A stretch of 64,000 nt of DNA from positions 1,472,001-1,536,000 of the forward strand of contig OZ253665.1 in assembly GCA_965263295.1 (NCBI GenBank), read 5' to 3'. Shown one piece after another: positions 50,844 through 60,916 of this stretch (position 1 is the stretch's first letter; each line of letters begins with the position of its first letter). The position numbers were made by a program, and so were the translations under genes. The notes under the pieces are model-generated. The model saw nothing but the letters and a program-made list of their open reading frames with translations. It did no database searches and was not told where the DNA came from. The DNA comes from Spirochaetia bacterium. GTDB lineage: Bacteria; Spirochaetota; Spirochaetia; SP-2023.

Positions 50844-51635
50844 TTATTGCGGATAGGTTTCAATTTTGCGGCCAAACACATTCATGGGTTGGTCACCGCC
50901 TGCGGCGACAATATTTTCCCAGTCAATGTCGAGGGCATCGACTTTCCATGCCCCTGCCTCCATCAGGATATATATATTTGCCTGGATGAAAGCGCTGTTG
51001 TCGTTGATCTCCAACCGGCAGCGCACTCGTGCGTAAGCGTCTTCAATCGCCGGGTCTGCCAGGCGCACCCGGCTCAATTGCAGTTCTTGGGTGGGTGGGA
51101 GGCCGGCATCTTCAGTTGTCGACTGCTGCGGCGCTTCCGCTTCTCGCCGGGCGAATTGATCTTGCGGCGCACGCAATGATTCGCGGTAAAGCGTCGGAGT
51201 TTGGCGAATAAACGGGGCGACTTGTTCGGAGATTTGGGTTTGGCCGTCAGCGCTTAGCAGTTCGTCGTCAAGCTGGCCTGCATTGATGTCGTTCCAGAAG
51301 CGGCGCAGCAAATCAAAAATCTGCCGGCTGTCGCGCGATGCCTCAGCCGGAATATAGAGCGGGCCCAATACCCGATCTTGAGGATGGACCGTGCCGCCGA
51401 GTAATCCCCCCAAAGCTTCGTCCCGCAGGCGCTGGGCCCTCAAGGGAACACAGGCAGACAAAGACCCTGCCAGGGTCAATGCCAATGCTAGGGAGAGCAG
51501 CAGGCCAGAGCGCGGCCTCGCGCGCCAAGAATGCGGCAAGCACGGCAAGAAGCTTCCCTTGAATCCGGGATATTCGACGTCGAATCGGCAGCGACGGTAA
51601 GACATGTAGCAACTAGAAGCCCAGTTTTTTGCCAT
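50844..51635 (-). CDS. Hypothetical lipoprotein (start uncertain)
   Basis: Hydrophobic stretch ending LSAC; long ORF in operon context. Confidence 0.55.
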   Translation of the reverse strand: MAKNWASSCYMSYRRCRFDVEYPGFKGSFLPCLPHSWRARPRSGLLLSLALALTLAGSLSACVPLRAQRLRDEALGGLLGGTVHPQDRVLGPLYIPAEASRDSRQIFDLLRRFWNDINAGQLDDELLSADGQTQISEQVAPFIRQTPTLYRESLRAPQDQFARREAEAPQQSTTEDAGLPPTQELQLSRVRLADPAIEDAYARVRCRLEINDNSAFIQANIYILMEAGAWKVDALDIDWENIVAAGGDQPMNVFGRKIETYPQ

Positions 51636-51649
51636 ATTGAGAGGAGGTT

Positions 51650-52057
51650 TTAAGCGGGGCTGCCATTGTCCTGATTGCGTCCTGGCTTTGCCTCCTCATT
51701 TTTCTTTTTGAGGGCCTTCAAAGAATGGCTTCGGCTATTTTTGCGGGGACTGTTTTTGTCTGTTTGCACCGCGGCTTCTTGTTTGTTCATTTGGCGCAGC
51801 TCGCTCAACTCGTGCCGCAGGCGCCGCTCGCTTTTGAGGAGCAGAATCAAGCTAAATACCAGCATGGCGCCCAGCAGCAGGAAGCAGATCAGCAGGCTGG
51901 ACAACGGCAGGTCGTGAAGCTGCCACCAGCCGCCCAACAGGGAAAAATCGTCAATATAGATGGCGCTGTTTTGTCCAATGATGGTGCCCAGTAACAAAAT
52001 AATCAGGGGTATAAACAGGAGCCCCGCAAAACGTAAAATAAATTTGATGTGTTCCAT
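51650..52057 (-). CDS. Small two-TM membrane protein (LapA-like)
   Basis: TM-QN...LPLS-TM followed by basic coiled tail; GAGG RBS. Confidence 0.55.
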   Translation of the reverse strand: MEHIKFILRFAGLLFIPLIILLLGTIIGQNSAIYIDDFSLLGGWWQLHDLPLSSLLICFLLLGAMLVFSLILLLKSERRLRHELSELRQMNKQEAAVQTDKNSPRKNSRSHSLKALKKKNEEAKPGRNQDNGSPA

Positions 52058-52129
52058 ACAACGACCTCTGTATCAAGCATTTTAATAAAAAGTAACTCAA
52101 TGTAAAATAGTAGTTTCACGCGTGAACGA

Positions 52130-53701
52130 TTATATGAGTTTGCGGCATTCAATGTAGAAACGTTTTTCTTCCGCGTGACCAATGGAGAAAGCTTTGCGCG
52201 GCATGACCTGATTGGCGGCCAGTTCGGCAAAAAAATGTTTGCGACATAAATGAGGTAGCAGTATCGCGGCTCCGGCATGCCCCTCCCCGTTGTTGTTCTG
52301 GCGCTCGGCCAAGTCCATGCAGCGTTCTGCCCCGTGAATATAATCCAACTGCCAAGTACTTTGATCCAGGCTGTCCAAGGCTTGCTGCACTACGCGAACA
52401 CATTCTCTGGCTTGGCTGCTGCGGCCGTCCAGTCGCAGAATTCGCCCTTCACAGGCAAAAAGGAAAAACCATTTCTGCGGGTCCGCCTCACATTGCCGAC
52501 AGAGGTAATCTTCGACTGGAGCACTCGCGCCGCTTTGGCATCTCAGCTCCGGCAACTCTGTCAGTTGAACATTGTGCTGACTCTCTTTTTCCAAAATTTG
52601 CAAGAACTTCCCAAACCAATGGGTCAATTGCGGATTACTCAGAGGCTCAAACGGGAGGCGTTTCCCCGGCCCCGCGTTGCGGCAACTGGGCCCTGATTCG
52701 GTATTAAATGACACCAAACGGTGGATCGGCTCAAACGGTATTGCCTCGTCGGCAAAGTTAATCAGTTCGACCAAGGCAAAGCGGCGCGGATCGTCGTCGT
52801 CGGCAGAGCTCTTAACTTCTTCCCAAACCTGTTTGGCTGCGGCCAGGCTGTGGTTGCCGTCACCAACGAGAAATAGCGGACGCAGATCGCTGGCATTTTC
52901 CGCTGCATTTTGTCCTTGATTTTGCCGTTCGCAGTTTTCGAGAGCGGGTATCAGTATACGCTCAATTTCCTCGGTGCCGACGAAATAGCCGCGGACTTCA
53001 CCGTGAATATTAGTATCGGCAGCCGCCGGTCGATAGAGGGGAAAGTCGTAAATGACGGGCAGTTGCCGCTCGTCGTTGGCCTCGGCCAGGTCTATTAGCG
53101 GCCGAAACAGTGTTTGGGCACTATCATCGTAAAGTAACAGGGCATGGCTGAAGTCTAGGGCGCTGTCGGAGCGCAGGGCTTTGCGTACGGGCAGACGCTC
53201 CAGGACCGTTTTCTCTGTCGGCTGGATCTTGGCCCTGGCATGGCAGCTGCGGTCAAAATGGTAATGTTCCAAGTCCGCCGCGATAAGCAGGCCCCATTGT
53301 ACGCGGCCTCTGGCCATGCGTCGGCGCAGCAGAATCAAGGCGGGGCTCTCAGGCTCCCGACCGCCCCGTTCGGCCAGATCGGACAACAGGGAACTATCGC
53401 TTAGGGCCCGGCTACCAGCTCTGACCTGGGATAGCTGGTCTTGCAATTGCCGTGGGGTTTGACCAATTTCAGCTTCCGGCAAGATGGCCTGCAAGGCCGA
53501 GGGCGCCTGAGCGACAGCCTGGCGCAGGTCACGCCAGTACTCAGGTTCGGAAGTATATTGATCACAGGCTATGACGGCCCAACGCTGCCACTTGAGTCGC
53601 TGCTGTAAACGAAATCTGGGCAGCAGGATATTGGGCAGGGCCAGACCAAAGCGCTGCAATTCTTTCTGTAGCTGCGTGTTGCGCGCTGTGCTTTGATTCA
53701 T
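52130..53701 (-). CDS. DUF1015 family protein
   Basis: WAVIACDQYTSEPEYW, TE.TV.ERLP.R, VGDGNHSLAAAK, FEPIHR, DYIHG, PRKAFS.G.A.EKRFY.ECR. Confidence 0.88.
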   Translation of the reverse strand: MNQSTARNTQLQKELQRFGLALPNILLPRFRLQQRLKWQRWAVIACDQYTSEPEYWRDLRQAVAQAPSALQAILPEAEIGQTPRQLQDQLSQVRAGSRALSDSSLLSDLAERGGREPESPALILLRRRMARGRVQWGLLIAADLEHYHFDRSCHARAKIQPTEKTVLERLPVRKALRSDSALDFSHALLLYDDSAQTLFRPLIDLAEANDERQLPVIYDFPLYRPAAADTNIHGEVRGYFVGTEEIERILIPALENCERQNQGQNAAENASDLRPLFLVGDGNHSLAAAKQVWEEVKSSADDDDPRRFALVELINFADEAIPFEPIHRLVSFNTESGPSCRNAGPGKRLPFEPLSNPQLTHWFGKFLQILEKESQHNVQLTELPELRCQSGASAPVEDYLCRQCEADPQKWFFLFACEGRILRLDGRSSQARECVRVVQQALDSLDQSTWQLDYIHGAERCMDLAERQNNNGEGHAGAAILLPHLCRKHFFAELAANQVMPRKAFSIGHAEEKRFYIECRKLI

Positions 53702-53826
53702 GGCGTCCTCCGTAGGTCATGGGACATGGAACATTGGGCATGCCTGTGGCCCAAACTTTGGCTCAATTTCGACTCAAGTTTCGACTCAAACTTCAATCAA
53801 GGCTCAATTGGTCCGCCCTCAGGATA

Positions 53827-54969
53827 TCAGATTCGCGGTTTCGTGAGAAACTCAATGCTGGATTTTTCGGGAATCCAACGGCCTTCCAAGTTTTCAAGGT
53901 TTTCTCTGTTTGGGTCGTTTGGGTCGTTTGGTTTTACTTCTTGCTTGATTTCGAGACGAAATAACCAGTTACAGACCAATATGCCAATCTGGCCATAGCG
54001 GTTGCGCACCTGTTGCACCGAGTGAATCATATACTGGCCCGATTTGTGGCGCATGGGTAAAAGTATCGGGCTCGTGTCCAAATGCGGTATTCCGCGTTTA
54101 TTTAGGACCATGCCACGGCTGTCGTAAACTTGGTCGCGGACTAAAACGTCGGCCAGAAGTGAGAGGTCAATATTAATCTTGTAGTTCAGGTCTAATTCTA
54201 TTTCGGCGATGAAGGCCGGATATATATCGGCATTAATCTCGCGCATGAACGGCGAATAATACTTGTCTATATTGGCTTGGCGCTCTGCGTCGGTAAAGCT
54301 AATCCAGGGTCGCACAATGGCTGTCGGCGCTCCAGCCTTTTGGGGGTCAAAGACGTAGAGGTAGTACTGGAATTTTTTGTCGCGACGACTTTGAGCAAAA
54401 CCGAGGAAAAAGTCATCGAGGTCATCGCCGTTAAAATCCTTTACGACCAGCAGGAATTCCTTTAAGCCGCGCTGAGGGGATTGCCGGGGCAGCGAATTGA
54501 GCTGGCGCACGGAGTATTGACGAATCTGTTTACGACTGCCGGGCGGTCCATCGTTACTTTCCAGCAGAAACAGGATATCGTAAAATTCTTTCTGAGTTTG
54601 CAGCTTCTGTTCAATCACTACGCGCCGCTCTCCGACTAGGTAGAGGCGCTCTCTGGCTATAGAACTGGCGATGAAGTCACGATTGAACTGTCCAAATAGC
54701 ACGTACTGGGTATCGGGGTTATGTCCCAGACCTAGTCTATTGCGCACGTTACTATTGAGTATTTTGAATTTTTGGAACTGATACTTTGCAAAACTTGAGC
54801 CATAGTAACGCGAGGTGTTAAAAATGGAATCGGTGCTGAGGTCTGGCAGACCTCCTGCGGCCATTTTTTTCGTTTTTCCGGCTTTTTCTTCATGGCTTTT
54901 GCTGCCGTGATAACTGCTACAGGAGGCGAGAATAGCACATAGACAAAACGACAGCCGCAGTAAGTACAT
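53827..54969 (-). CDS. Hypothetical lipoprotein with DxNGDxxDD motif
   Basis: ILASC lipobox; KDFNGDDLDDFF. Confidence 0.65.
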   Translation of the reverse strand: MYLLRLSFCLCAILASCSSYHGSKSHEEKAGKTKKMAAGGLPDLSTDSIFNTSRYYGSSFAKYQFQKFKILNSNVRNRLGLGHNPDTQYVLFGQFNRDFIASSIARERLYLVGERRVVIEQKLQTQKEFYDILFLLESNDGPPGSRKQIRQYSVRQLNSLPRQSPQRGLKEFLLVVKDFNGDDLDDFFLGFAQSRRDKKFQYYLYVFDPQKAGAPTAIVRPWISFTDAERQANIDKYYSPFMREINADIYPAFIAEIELDLNYKINIDLSLLADVLVRDQVYDSRGMVLNKRGIPHLDTSPILLPMRHKSGQYMIHSVQQVRNRYGQIGILVCNWLFRLEIKQEVKPNDPNDPNRENLENLEGRWIPEKSSIEFLTKPRI

Positions 54970-55124
54970 TAAAATAGCCCCAGAAAGATTTGCAGTATTA
55001 TAATTTTTTTAGGGGAAGATTGAAATAGTTTGTAAATAGGCATGGTAGATTATTTTTTCAGGATTCATTTTTTTTGTGTTTCTGATTTGTCATTGTTTGC
55101 CAGAACTGTACAGGGCAGGGGAAA

Positions 55125-56099
55125 ATGGCTATCCTACGGCCTATGAAGGAAATTAGTTCTCCCAATCACTTGTATGCCGGGCTCTACGATTCGCATTGTC
55201 ACCTCTTTCTCCTGCGCCAGCAGGGCCTGGATATATGGCATTATTTGCGGCAGTGGCGGGCTGCCGGATTGGAATCCCTTTTGAATATCGTGTTGGAGCC
55301 AGATGCAGAGGCCTGGGACTGGCACCTGAGCATTGCGCGAGCTTGCCGGGCCGAGCCGCAACGTTATCCACAAGTTTTCCTGGCCGCCGGTATACATCCC
55401 AATGATGCCGACGGCAGTTCGTCTGCGCGTTATGCGCTCGCGGGGAAATCTGGCACGGGAGAATTTGACGCGCAGGAATTTGCGCGGGAGCTGCTGGAAC
55501 CAGGCTTGAAACAGCTTGCCCTGCGGGCCCAAAGCCCTGAAGTCCTGGCCATTGGCGAGACTGGACTCGATTATTATCGCAGCGAAAAAAACAAACAACT
55601 GCAGCAGCGCAGCCTGGAGTTCCACATTTCCTTGGCGAAAAGTCTGGGCAAGGTACTGATCATCCACAATCGGGATAGCGATGAGGATTTGGCAGAGCTT
55701 CTGTGTCATTCGGCTTCAGATCTGGCGGCCGGGGCCATAATGCATTGTTTCAGCGGCAACCCCCGTCTGGTTGAGTCTTTGTTGCCGCGCGGTTTTTACT
55801 TTTCTTTTGCCGGCAATGTCACTTACAAAAATGCAGAGAACTTGCGTCAGGCCGCCCGCCTGATACCTTTGGAGCGTCTGTTGATTGAAACCGACGCCCC
55901 CTTTTTAGCACCCCAAGCGGTGCGCGGGCAGATTAACCATCCCGGCTTTATCGGTCATACTTTGGATGTACTGGCGCAGTGCCATGGCCTGACGCCAGAA
56001 GCAATGGCCGCTTATTTGCGTCAAAACTGGTTGCGCCTGTTTCCCGCCATGCGTTCGGCTCGCTCTGCTGGGGCGCAGACTGCGGGAGAACTGACATGA
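55125..56099 (+). CDS. tatD: TatD-family nuclease
   Basis: DSHCH, GIHP, AIGETGLDY, IIHNR, MHCFSG, IETDAPFLAP. Confidence 0.93.
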   Translation: MAILRPMKEISSPNHLYAGLYDSHCHLFLLRQQGLDIWHYLRQWRAAGLESLLNIVLEPDAEAWDWHLSIARACRAEPQRYPQVFLAAGIHPNDADGSSSARYALAGKSGTGEFDAQEFARELLEPGLKQLALRAQSPEVLAIGETGLDYYRSEKNKQLQQRSLEFHISLAKSLGKVLIIHNRDSDEDLAELLCHSASDLAAGAIMHCFSGNPRLVESLLPRGFYFSFAGNVTYKNAENLRQAARLIPLERLLIETDAPFLAPQAVRGQINHPGFIGHTLDVLAQCHGLTPEAMAAYLRQNWLRLFPAMRSARSAGAQTAGELT

Positions 56100-57484
56100 C
56101 CAAGGCAGCCTCGAGGCTGTCGCAAACTTGCCTGTATCTCAGTCTGCGCGTTTTTTGTAGCTTGCTTCTCACTTTGGTTCTGCTGCATTGTCCGGTTTTC
56201 ATCCTGCCCGCTCGCGGCCAGAGCTGGGAACCTGTTCAAGGTTCTGGGAAAAAAGTTGTCATTCCTGAAAAACTGCGCACCCCAGAGCAACGAGAAGCTT
56301 TTCGCGCCCTTCAGGAAGTTGAGGAATTGGCCGCGACTTATCCGCGCCTACGGGTATTTGCGCGCCTGCAAAGGCGCCTGCCCATGAGAAAATTGGGAAG
56401 AGAGGGAAAAATAGGAAAAAATGGCAGCTCTGCGAGCCGCGATGCCCGCGACAGTATCTGGAGCGAGCCGACTTTGTATGAGGCCTTTCTGTGGCTAAGC
56501 GATTTTGGTTTAGTGGCCAATCTCAGTCTGGCGGACCTGCGAAGCTTGGCACAAAACCTGATGCAAATCCTCCATGCGGCAGGCAACTTGCAAGATAGCC
56601 CGCCGGGAGAATTGGGCCGCATATATATTAAGGACTACTTTCGACGCATAGCTGATAGTTCCTATCCGGGCAAAGGTGCATGGTTAGTATTCCGCTTCTT
56701 TCTCGACGCCATCAATGAGCTTGATGGCGGAACTCGGCGCATCAGTATTCTTTGCAATGCTTATCAGGAAACGGTGTCGCCGGCGAGCTCTAGTTGGTTG
56801 CCCGATCCAGAGCGCTACCCCATGCAGCGCAGTGCCGTGTATCCGCAGCGCAGTAATGACCGGCTCGCTTATCATGCGTATCTGATCCCAATACATTTTG
56901 AAGGGCATTCTAAAGTGCGGACTGAGTCTAATTCATTGCCTTTGGCCGGCTCGGCGCCAAGTACTAGAGACAATGCCGCAGCGACGGAGACGAGCCCTTT
57001 GGCCCAGGCGGCTACAGCAGAGGAGCTCGGCGGGAGGAATGCAAAAGAAATCGCGCCAGGCATTCCCGATCAATCCGTGCGGTATCGCCTGAGCTTTATC
57101 GAACAGTCTGAGCTATATGCAAAACGCACTTTGCATCCCCAATATAGTAATGCCAAGTATCTGGGCGTGCTGCGTAGCTACCTGCGCGATGGCCTCAGCG
57201 ATAATGATCGCGAAGTCCTTCCGGCTATCCATGCCCTCAGTCGCAGAAATCTCAATGCCGACACTTACTTTCTAATGCAGGAACTTATTTTTTATTACTA
57301 TTTACTGTATTTGCCGGATCGCTGCAATTATTTTATCCGTTCACAGCAAACCCATTTGCAGCTATCGCGGGCCAATCCTGTGCTTAAAAACTTGTGGCGA
57401 GTACAGCTGCCTCGCCTGTGGGCCACTATCAATGCGGTGCGCACTCGCTACAGCCGTAAATTTGAGGTCTTGCTGCCGGGCTAG
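56096..57484 (+). CDS. Hypothetical exported protein
   Basis: ATGA overlap with the tatD stop; N-terminal hydrophobic signal; no recognised family. Confidence 0.65.
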   Translation: MTKAASRLSQTCLYLSLRVFCSLLLTLVLLHCPVFILPARGQSWEPVQGSGKKVVIPEKLRTPEQREAFRALQEVEELAATYPRLRVFARLQRRLPMRKLGREGKIGKNGSSASRDARDSIWSEPTLYEAFLWLSDFGLVANLSLADLRSLAQNLMQILHAAGNLQDSPPGELGRIYIKDYFRRIADSSYPGKGAWLVFRFFLDAINELDGGTRRISILCNAYQETVSPASSSWLPDPERYPMQRSAVYPQRSNDRLAYHAYLIPIHFEGHSKVRTESNSLPLAGSAPSTRDNAAATETSPLAQAATAEELGGRNAKEIAPGIPDQSVRYRLSFIEQSELYAKRTLHPQYSNAKYLGVLRSYLRDGLSDNDREVLPAIHALSRRNLNADTYFLMQELIFYYYLLYLPDRCNYFIRSQQTHLQLSRANPVLKNLWRVQLPRLWATINAVRTRYSRKFEVLLPG

Positions 57485-57553
57485 AATTTTACACCTTTTT
57501 AAATGTCGCCCATTATCAATGTCACCCGGGGCGGAACACTCGCGACAAAAATC

Positions 57554-58126
57554 TTAGACTGTATAGTTAAAACCTGCCCGTAATACTTGTTTGTTGACGG
57601 GGTTATGCTTGCGATTGCGCTCCGAAATTACAATGTCTAGAGTCGCCTCAATGTCTTCGGTGCTCGCCAGCAGCGGGCGCATGGCCAAAAGCTGGCCAAC
57701 ACAGGCAATATTGGCAGCCCGCTCTGAGCCAAATTGTCGCGACAGTCCGGTAGCCGGCAGGCCGACGACTTGAATGTCGGTGCGTTTGGGTTGGTCCGCA
57801 ATCAGGCTGGTATTGTAAATCAACAGCCCGCCAGGCTGTAGGATCGGTTCAAATTTCAGCAACGAAGGCCGATTCAAGGTGATGATCACCGTGGGTTCAG
57901 CAACCAGCGGCGAGGCAATGGCTTCATTGGCGATTACAACCGAGCAGCGAGCCGTGCCGCCGCGCATTTCAGCACCGTAGGATGGGATATCTGTAACGTT
58001 CAGGCCATTGTTCATACAGGCTACAGTCAGGAGCTGGCCGGCCAATAGGACTCCCTGGCCGCCAAAACCGCCGATGACAATGCGCTCGTGAATGCGCTGA
58101 CTTTGGTTGATCTGCCGGGCATTCAT
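57554..58126 (-). CDS. 2-oxoacid:ferredoxin oxidoreductase gamma subunit
   Basis: GGFGGQGVL, PSYGAEMRGGTA. Confidence 0.9.
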   Translation of the reverse strand: MNARQINQSQRIHERIVIGGFGGQGVLLAGQLLTVACMNNGLNVTDIPSYGAEMRGGTARCSVVIANEAIASPLVAEPTVIITLNRPSLLKFEPILQPGGLLIYNTSLIADQPKRTDIQVVGLPATGLSRQFGSERAANIACVGQLLAMRPLLASTEDIEATLDIVISERNRKHNPVNKQVLRAGFNYTV

Positions 58127-58917
58127 TGCTCTTTCCCCCGGTCGCGCAGTGTGCCCAGGGGATAGGCTTGGGTTAAAGTCGCAGAAATCCACTCGGCCGA
58201 CTTGGCGGGGGACATGCCCCAAGCCGTTGGGCACATGGACAAAACTTCGACAAAACTGTAACCCCGCCCTTCGTCTTGGTATTGTAGGGCCTTGGCGATG
58301 CTTTTTCTGGTCTTGCGCACTTGGGCCGCATTGTGCACGCTGCAGCGCGTGATGTAATACGGGGCTTCAAGGGTGTTCAGCAGTTCTGCCGCGCGAATTG
58401 GCGCCCCATCGCTTGCCATGTCGCGGCCGCCAAGGGTGGTGCTGGTCTTTTGCTCCACCAGGGTGGTTGGGGCCATTTGGCCGCCAGTCATGCCGTAGAC
58501 GGTATTGTTGACGAAGATGACAGTAATGTTTTCGCCCCGATTTGCGGCATGTACTGTCTCAGCCATGCCAATGGCCAAAAGGTCACCGTCGCCCTGATAG
58601 GAAATCACAATATTTTCCGGGTTGGCACGTTTGACGCCAGTCGCCACGGCCGGCGCGCGGCCGTGGGCGGCTTCTAGGCCATCGACATCCAGGTAGTCGT
58701 AAAGCAGGACGGCGCAGCCCACCGGCGCCATGATTACGGTGCGTTCGCGTAGTTGCATCTCATCGATACATTGGGCCACAAGCTTGTGCAGTATGCCGTG
58801 ACCACAGCCCGAGCAGTAATGAGTTGGCCGTTCGCGCAGGGCCTTGGGCCTGCTGTACAACAACTGGGCGCCGTCGCGCTGCGCGTTTTCAATCTGATCT
58901 ATCACTTCTTCATACAT
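58123..58917 (-). CDS. 2-oxoacid:ferredoxin oxidoreductase beta (TPP-binding) subunit
   Basis: YCSGCGHG, HGRA, QGDGD...NN, YGMTGGQ, CPT. Confidence 0.92.
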   Translation of the reverse strand: MYEEVIDQIENAQRDGAQLLYSRPKALRERPTHYCSGCGHGILHKLVAQCIDEMQLRERTVIMAPVGCAVLLYDYLDVDGLEAAHGRAPAVATGVKRANPENIVISYQGDGDLLAIGMAETVHAANRGENITVIFVNNTVYGMTGGQMAPTTLVEQKTSTTLGGRDMASDGAPIRAAELLNTLEAPYYITRCSVHNAAQVRKTRKSIAKALQYQDEGRGYSFVEVLSMCPTAWGMSPAKSAEWISATLTQAYPLGTLRDRGKEQ

Positions 58918-60070
58918 ATTTTTTTATCCTCTCGATAATTTGATTTACGGTTGGAGGGGTCCCGCCAACCGTGCCGTACAGTTGAACTTCTGCGCCAGTG
59001 TTGTAGGCGTGAAATTTGATGTCGTCGGCAAACTGGCCCTGACTCATTTCAACTGCCAGGATTTTTTTGGGGGAACCTTTGATGGCATTCAAGGCATCTA
59101 GCAGCTGTCTTTGCGGGAATGGCCACAGCGTCAAAGGTTGAAATAATCCTACCGGGATGCCACTTTGCCGGAGTCGGGATTGAGCTTCACGGCACAGCCG
59201 CGCCGGCATGCCGTAGGCACAAAGTAGGACTTCGGCCTCACCTTCTTTTTCCAGGCCCTCGACGATGGCTCTACTTTCCTTATCTGCGGCCGTCTGGTAG
59301 GTGGCAAAGAGCCTTTTTACGTGCTGTTCCAGCCCCTGGTGTTCCTTTTCCAGGTGGATCGAGGCAATCTTTCGGCCCGGCCGCTCCCTTGCCCCGTCTA
59401 ACACGTAGGCGTCATTGCCGCTTTGTCGGGGCGCCTGATAGCTCTCAAGCAACTGGGGCATGCGTAGAGGTTCGGCCATTTGGCCCAGATAACCGTCGAG
59501 CAGCAGCATGGCGACCATGCGATAGCGGTCGGCCAAATCAAAGGCCAACAGGGTCAGCTCGGCGATGTCTTGGGCGCAGGAGGGCGCCAGTACGATGCAG
59601 TGGTAGTCGCCGTTGCCACCGCCTTTGACGGCCTGATTGTAGTCGCCCTGGGCGCCGGCGATATTGCCCAGGCCCGGTCCGCCACGCATGACATTGACGA
59701 CCACAGAAGGTAGCTGGGCACCGGCCAGGTAGGAAATGCCTTCCTGCATTAACGATATTCCGGGCGAGGAAGAGGAGGTCATGGCGCGCACGCCGGCGGC
59801 GGCGGCGCCAAAGACCATGTTGATTGAAGCCGGTTCACTCTCGGCCTGCAGGAAGCAACCGCCAACCTGCGGCATGCGCCGGGCAAAGTAGGCCGGAATC
59901 TCGTTCTGGGGAGTGATCGGATAACCAAAGTAATGGCGGCAGCCGGCGATGATGGCCGCTTCGGCCAAAGCCTCGTTGCCCTTCATCAGTTGGCGCGGAG
60001 AATCTTCGGACACAACGGCGATTCCCGCGGCCAGATTCTCTCCCGTATGGCAGACGCGGTACTCAGCCAT
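58910..60070 (-). CDS. 2-oxoacid:ferredoxin oxidoreductase alpha subunit (VOR-like)
   Basis: MKGNEA, GYPITPQ, QAESE, SSSPG.SL.QE, RGGPGLG, VEMS.GQ. Confidence 0.92.
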   Translation of the reverse strand: MAEYRVCHTGENLAAGIAVVSEDSPRQLMKGNEALAEAAIIAGCRHYFGYPITPQNEIPAYFARRMPQVGGCFLQAESEPASINMVFGAAAAGVRAMTSSSSPGISLMQEGISYLAGAQLPSVVVNVMRGGPGLGNIAGAQGDYNQAVKGGGNGDYHCIVLAPSCAQDIAELTLLAFDLADRYRMVAMLLLDGYLGQMAEPLRMPQLLESYQAPRQSGNDAYVLDGARERPGRKIASIHLEKEHQGLEQHVKRLFATYQTAADKESRAIVEGLEKEGEAEVLLCAYGMPARLCREAQSRLRQSGIPVGLFQPLTLWPFPQRQLLDALNAIKGSPKKILAVEMSQGQFADDIKFHAYNTGAEVQLYGTVGGTPPTVNQIIERIKKYV

Positions 60071-60332
60071 GTTTCACCTCCGTTGCCATTTCCGCGCAGT
60101 TGCTCTGGACTTTGGCTGTGATTTGTATCGCTACCTCTGGGCATATTTCGGCGCAGGACAGGCAGCCAATGCAAGCTTCGTGGTCGATGCACTCCATCGG
60201 ATTCAGCCCTTGCTTGTTGATCCGTTGGGAAAAACGCAGGATCTGTTTGGGGCAGTTGGCAATGCACAGGCCGCAGCTCTTGCAGGTTTCATCGTCTACC
60301 CAAATGTGGAATGTGCGTGGTTCTTTGGCCAT
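60063..60332 (-). CDS. 2[4Fe-4S] ferredoxin (oxidoreductase delta subunit)
   Basis: CKSCGLCIANCP and CIGCLSCAEICP; AGGAGG RBS before ATG 60332. Confidence 0.92.
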   Translation of the reverse strand: MAKEPRTFHIWVDDETCKSCGLCIANCPKQILRFSQRINKQGLNPMECIDHEACIGCLSCAEICPEVAIQITAKVQSNCAEMATEVKHG

Positions 60333-60906
60333 CTTCCCTCCTGTGGCAGGTATTGCCATTCTTTTTTCGGCGTTGCCGCTGGATTTGCTGGTTTAGGCAG
60401 CGATCAAAACAGGCTGCGAACTGTTGTAGCTCTTTGGCTCCATAGCCGTGGCCATGGCTCGGCAGCAGATCGTCGCCGCGAAGCTTCAGGGCCAGGTCGC
60501 GCCGCAGGCGGCGTGCTGAAACGTTGTCGCGACTGAATTCGGTGCCGCGATCGTTAATAATGCGCAAATCGGGCTGCTGCAGGCAAAGCTGTTCGGCAAA
60601 CACGATGTCGCGGGTGATGACCATATCTCCCGGACGACATCGCCTGTGGATGAACTGGTCCGCCGCATCGGTGGCGCAGGCCACCCGATGGAAATAGACG
60701 CGTTGCCGCGGGTCACTGCGAATGGGCTGTTCTTGGGAAGCGACAAAGTGAAAAGGAACCATTTCTTCTTGTTCTCCAGCGATCAGGTCCATCGAAGCGG
60801 CGTTCAGACGTGAGGCCGCCCGCAGCAACACCCGGCGCACTTCACGCGGACAGGAGTCGGCGTCGACCCAGATTCGCAGCAGTTCGCGCTTGGCATCGGT
60901 GTCCAT
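60289..60906 (-). CDS. YaiI/YqxD (DUF188) family protein
   Basis: IWVDADSCP, DAAD..I, GD.VITRDI, RG..F...N. Confidence 0.85.
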   Translation of the reverse strand: MDTDAKRELLRIWVDADSCPREVRRVLLRAASRLNAASMDLIAGEQEEMVPFHFVASQEQPIRSDPRQRVYFHRVACATDAADQFIHRRCRPGDMVITRDIVFAEQLCLQQPDLRIINDRGTEFSRDNVSARRLRRDLALKLRGDDLLPSHGHGYGAKELQQFAACFDRCLNQQIQRQRRKKNGNTCHRREDGQRTTHIPHLGRR

Positions 60907-60916
60907 CAGATTTCTT

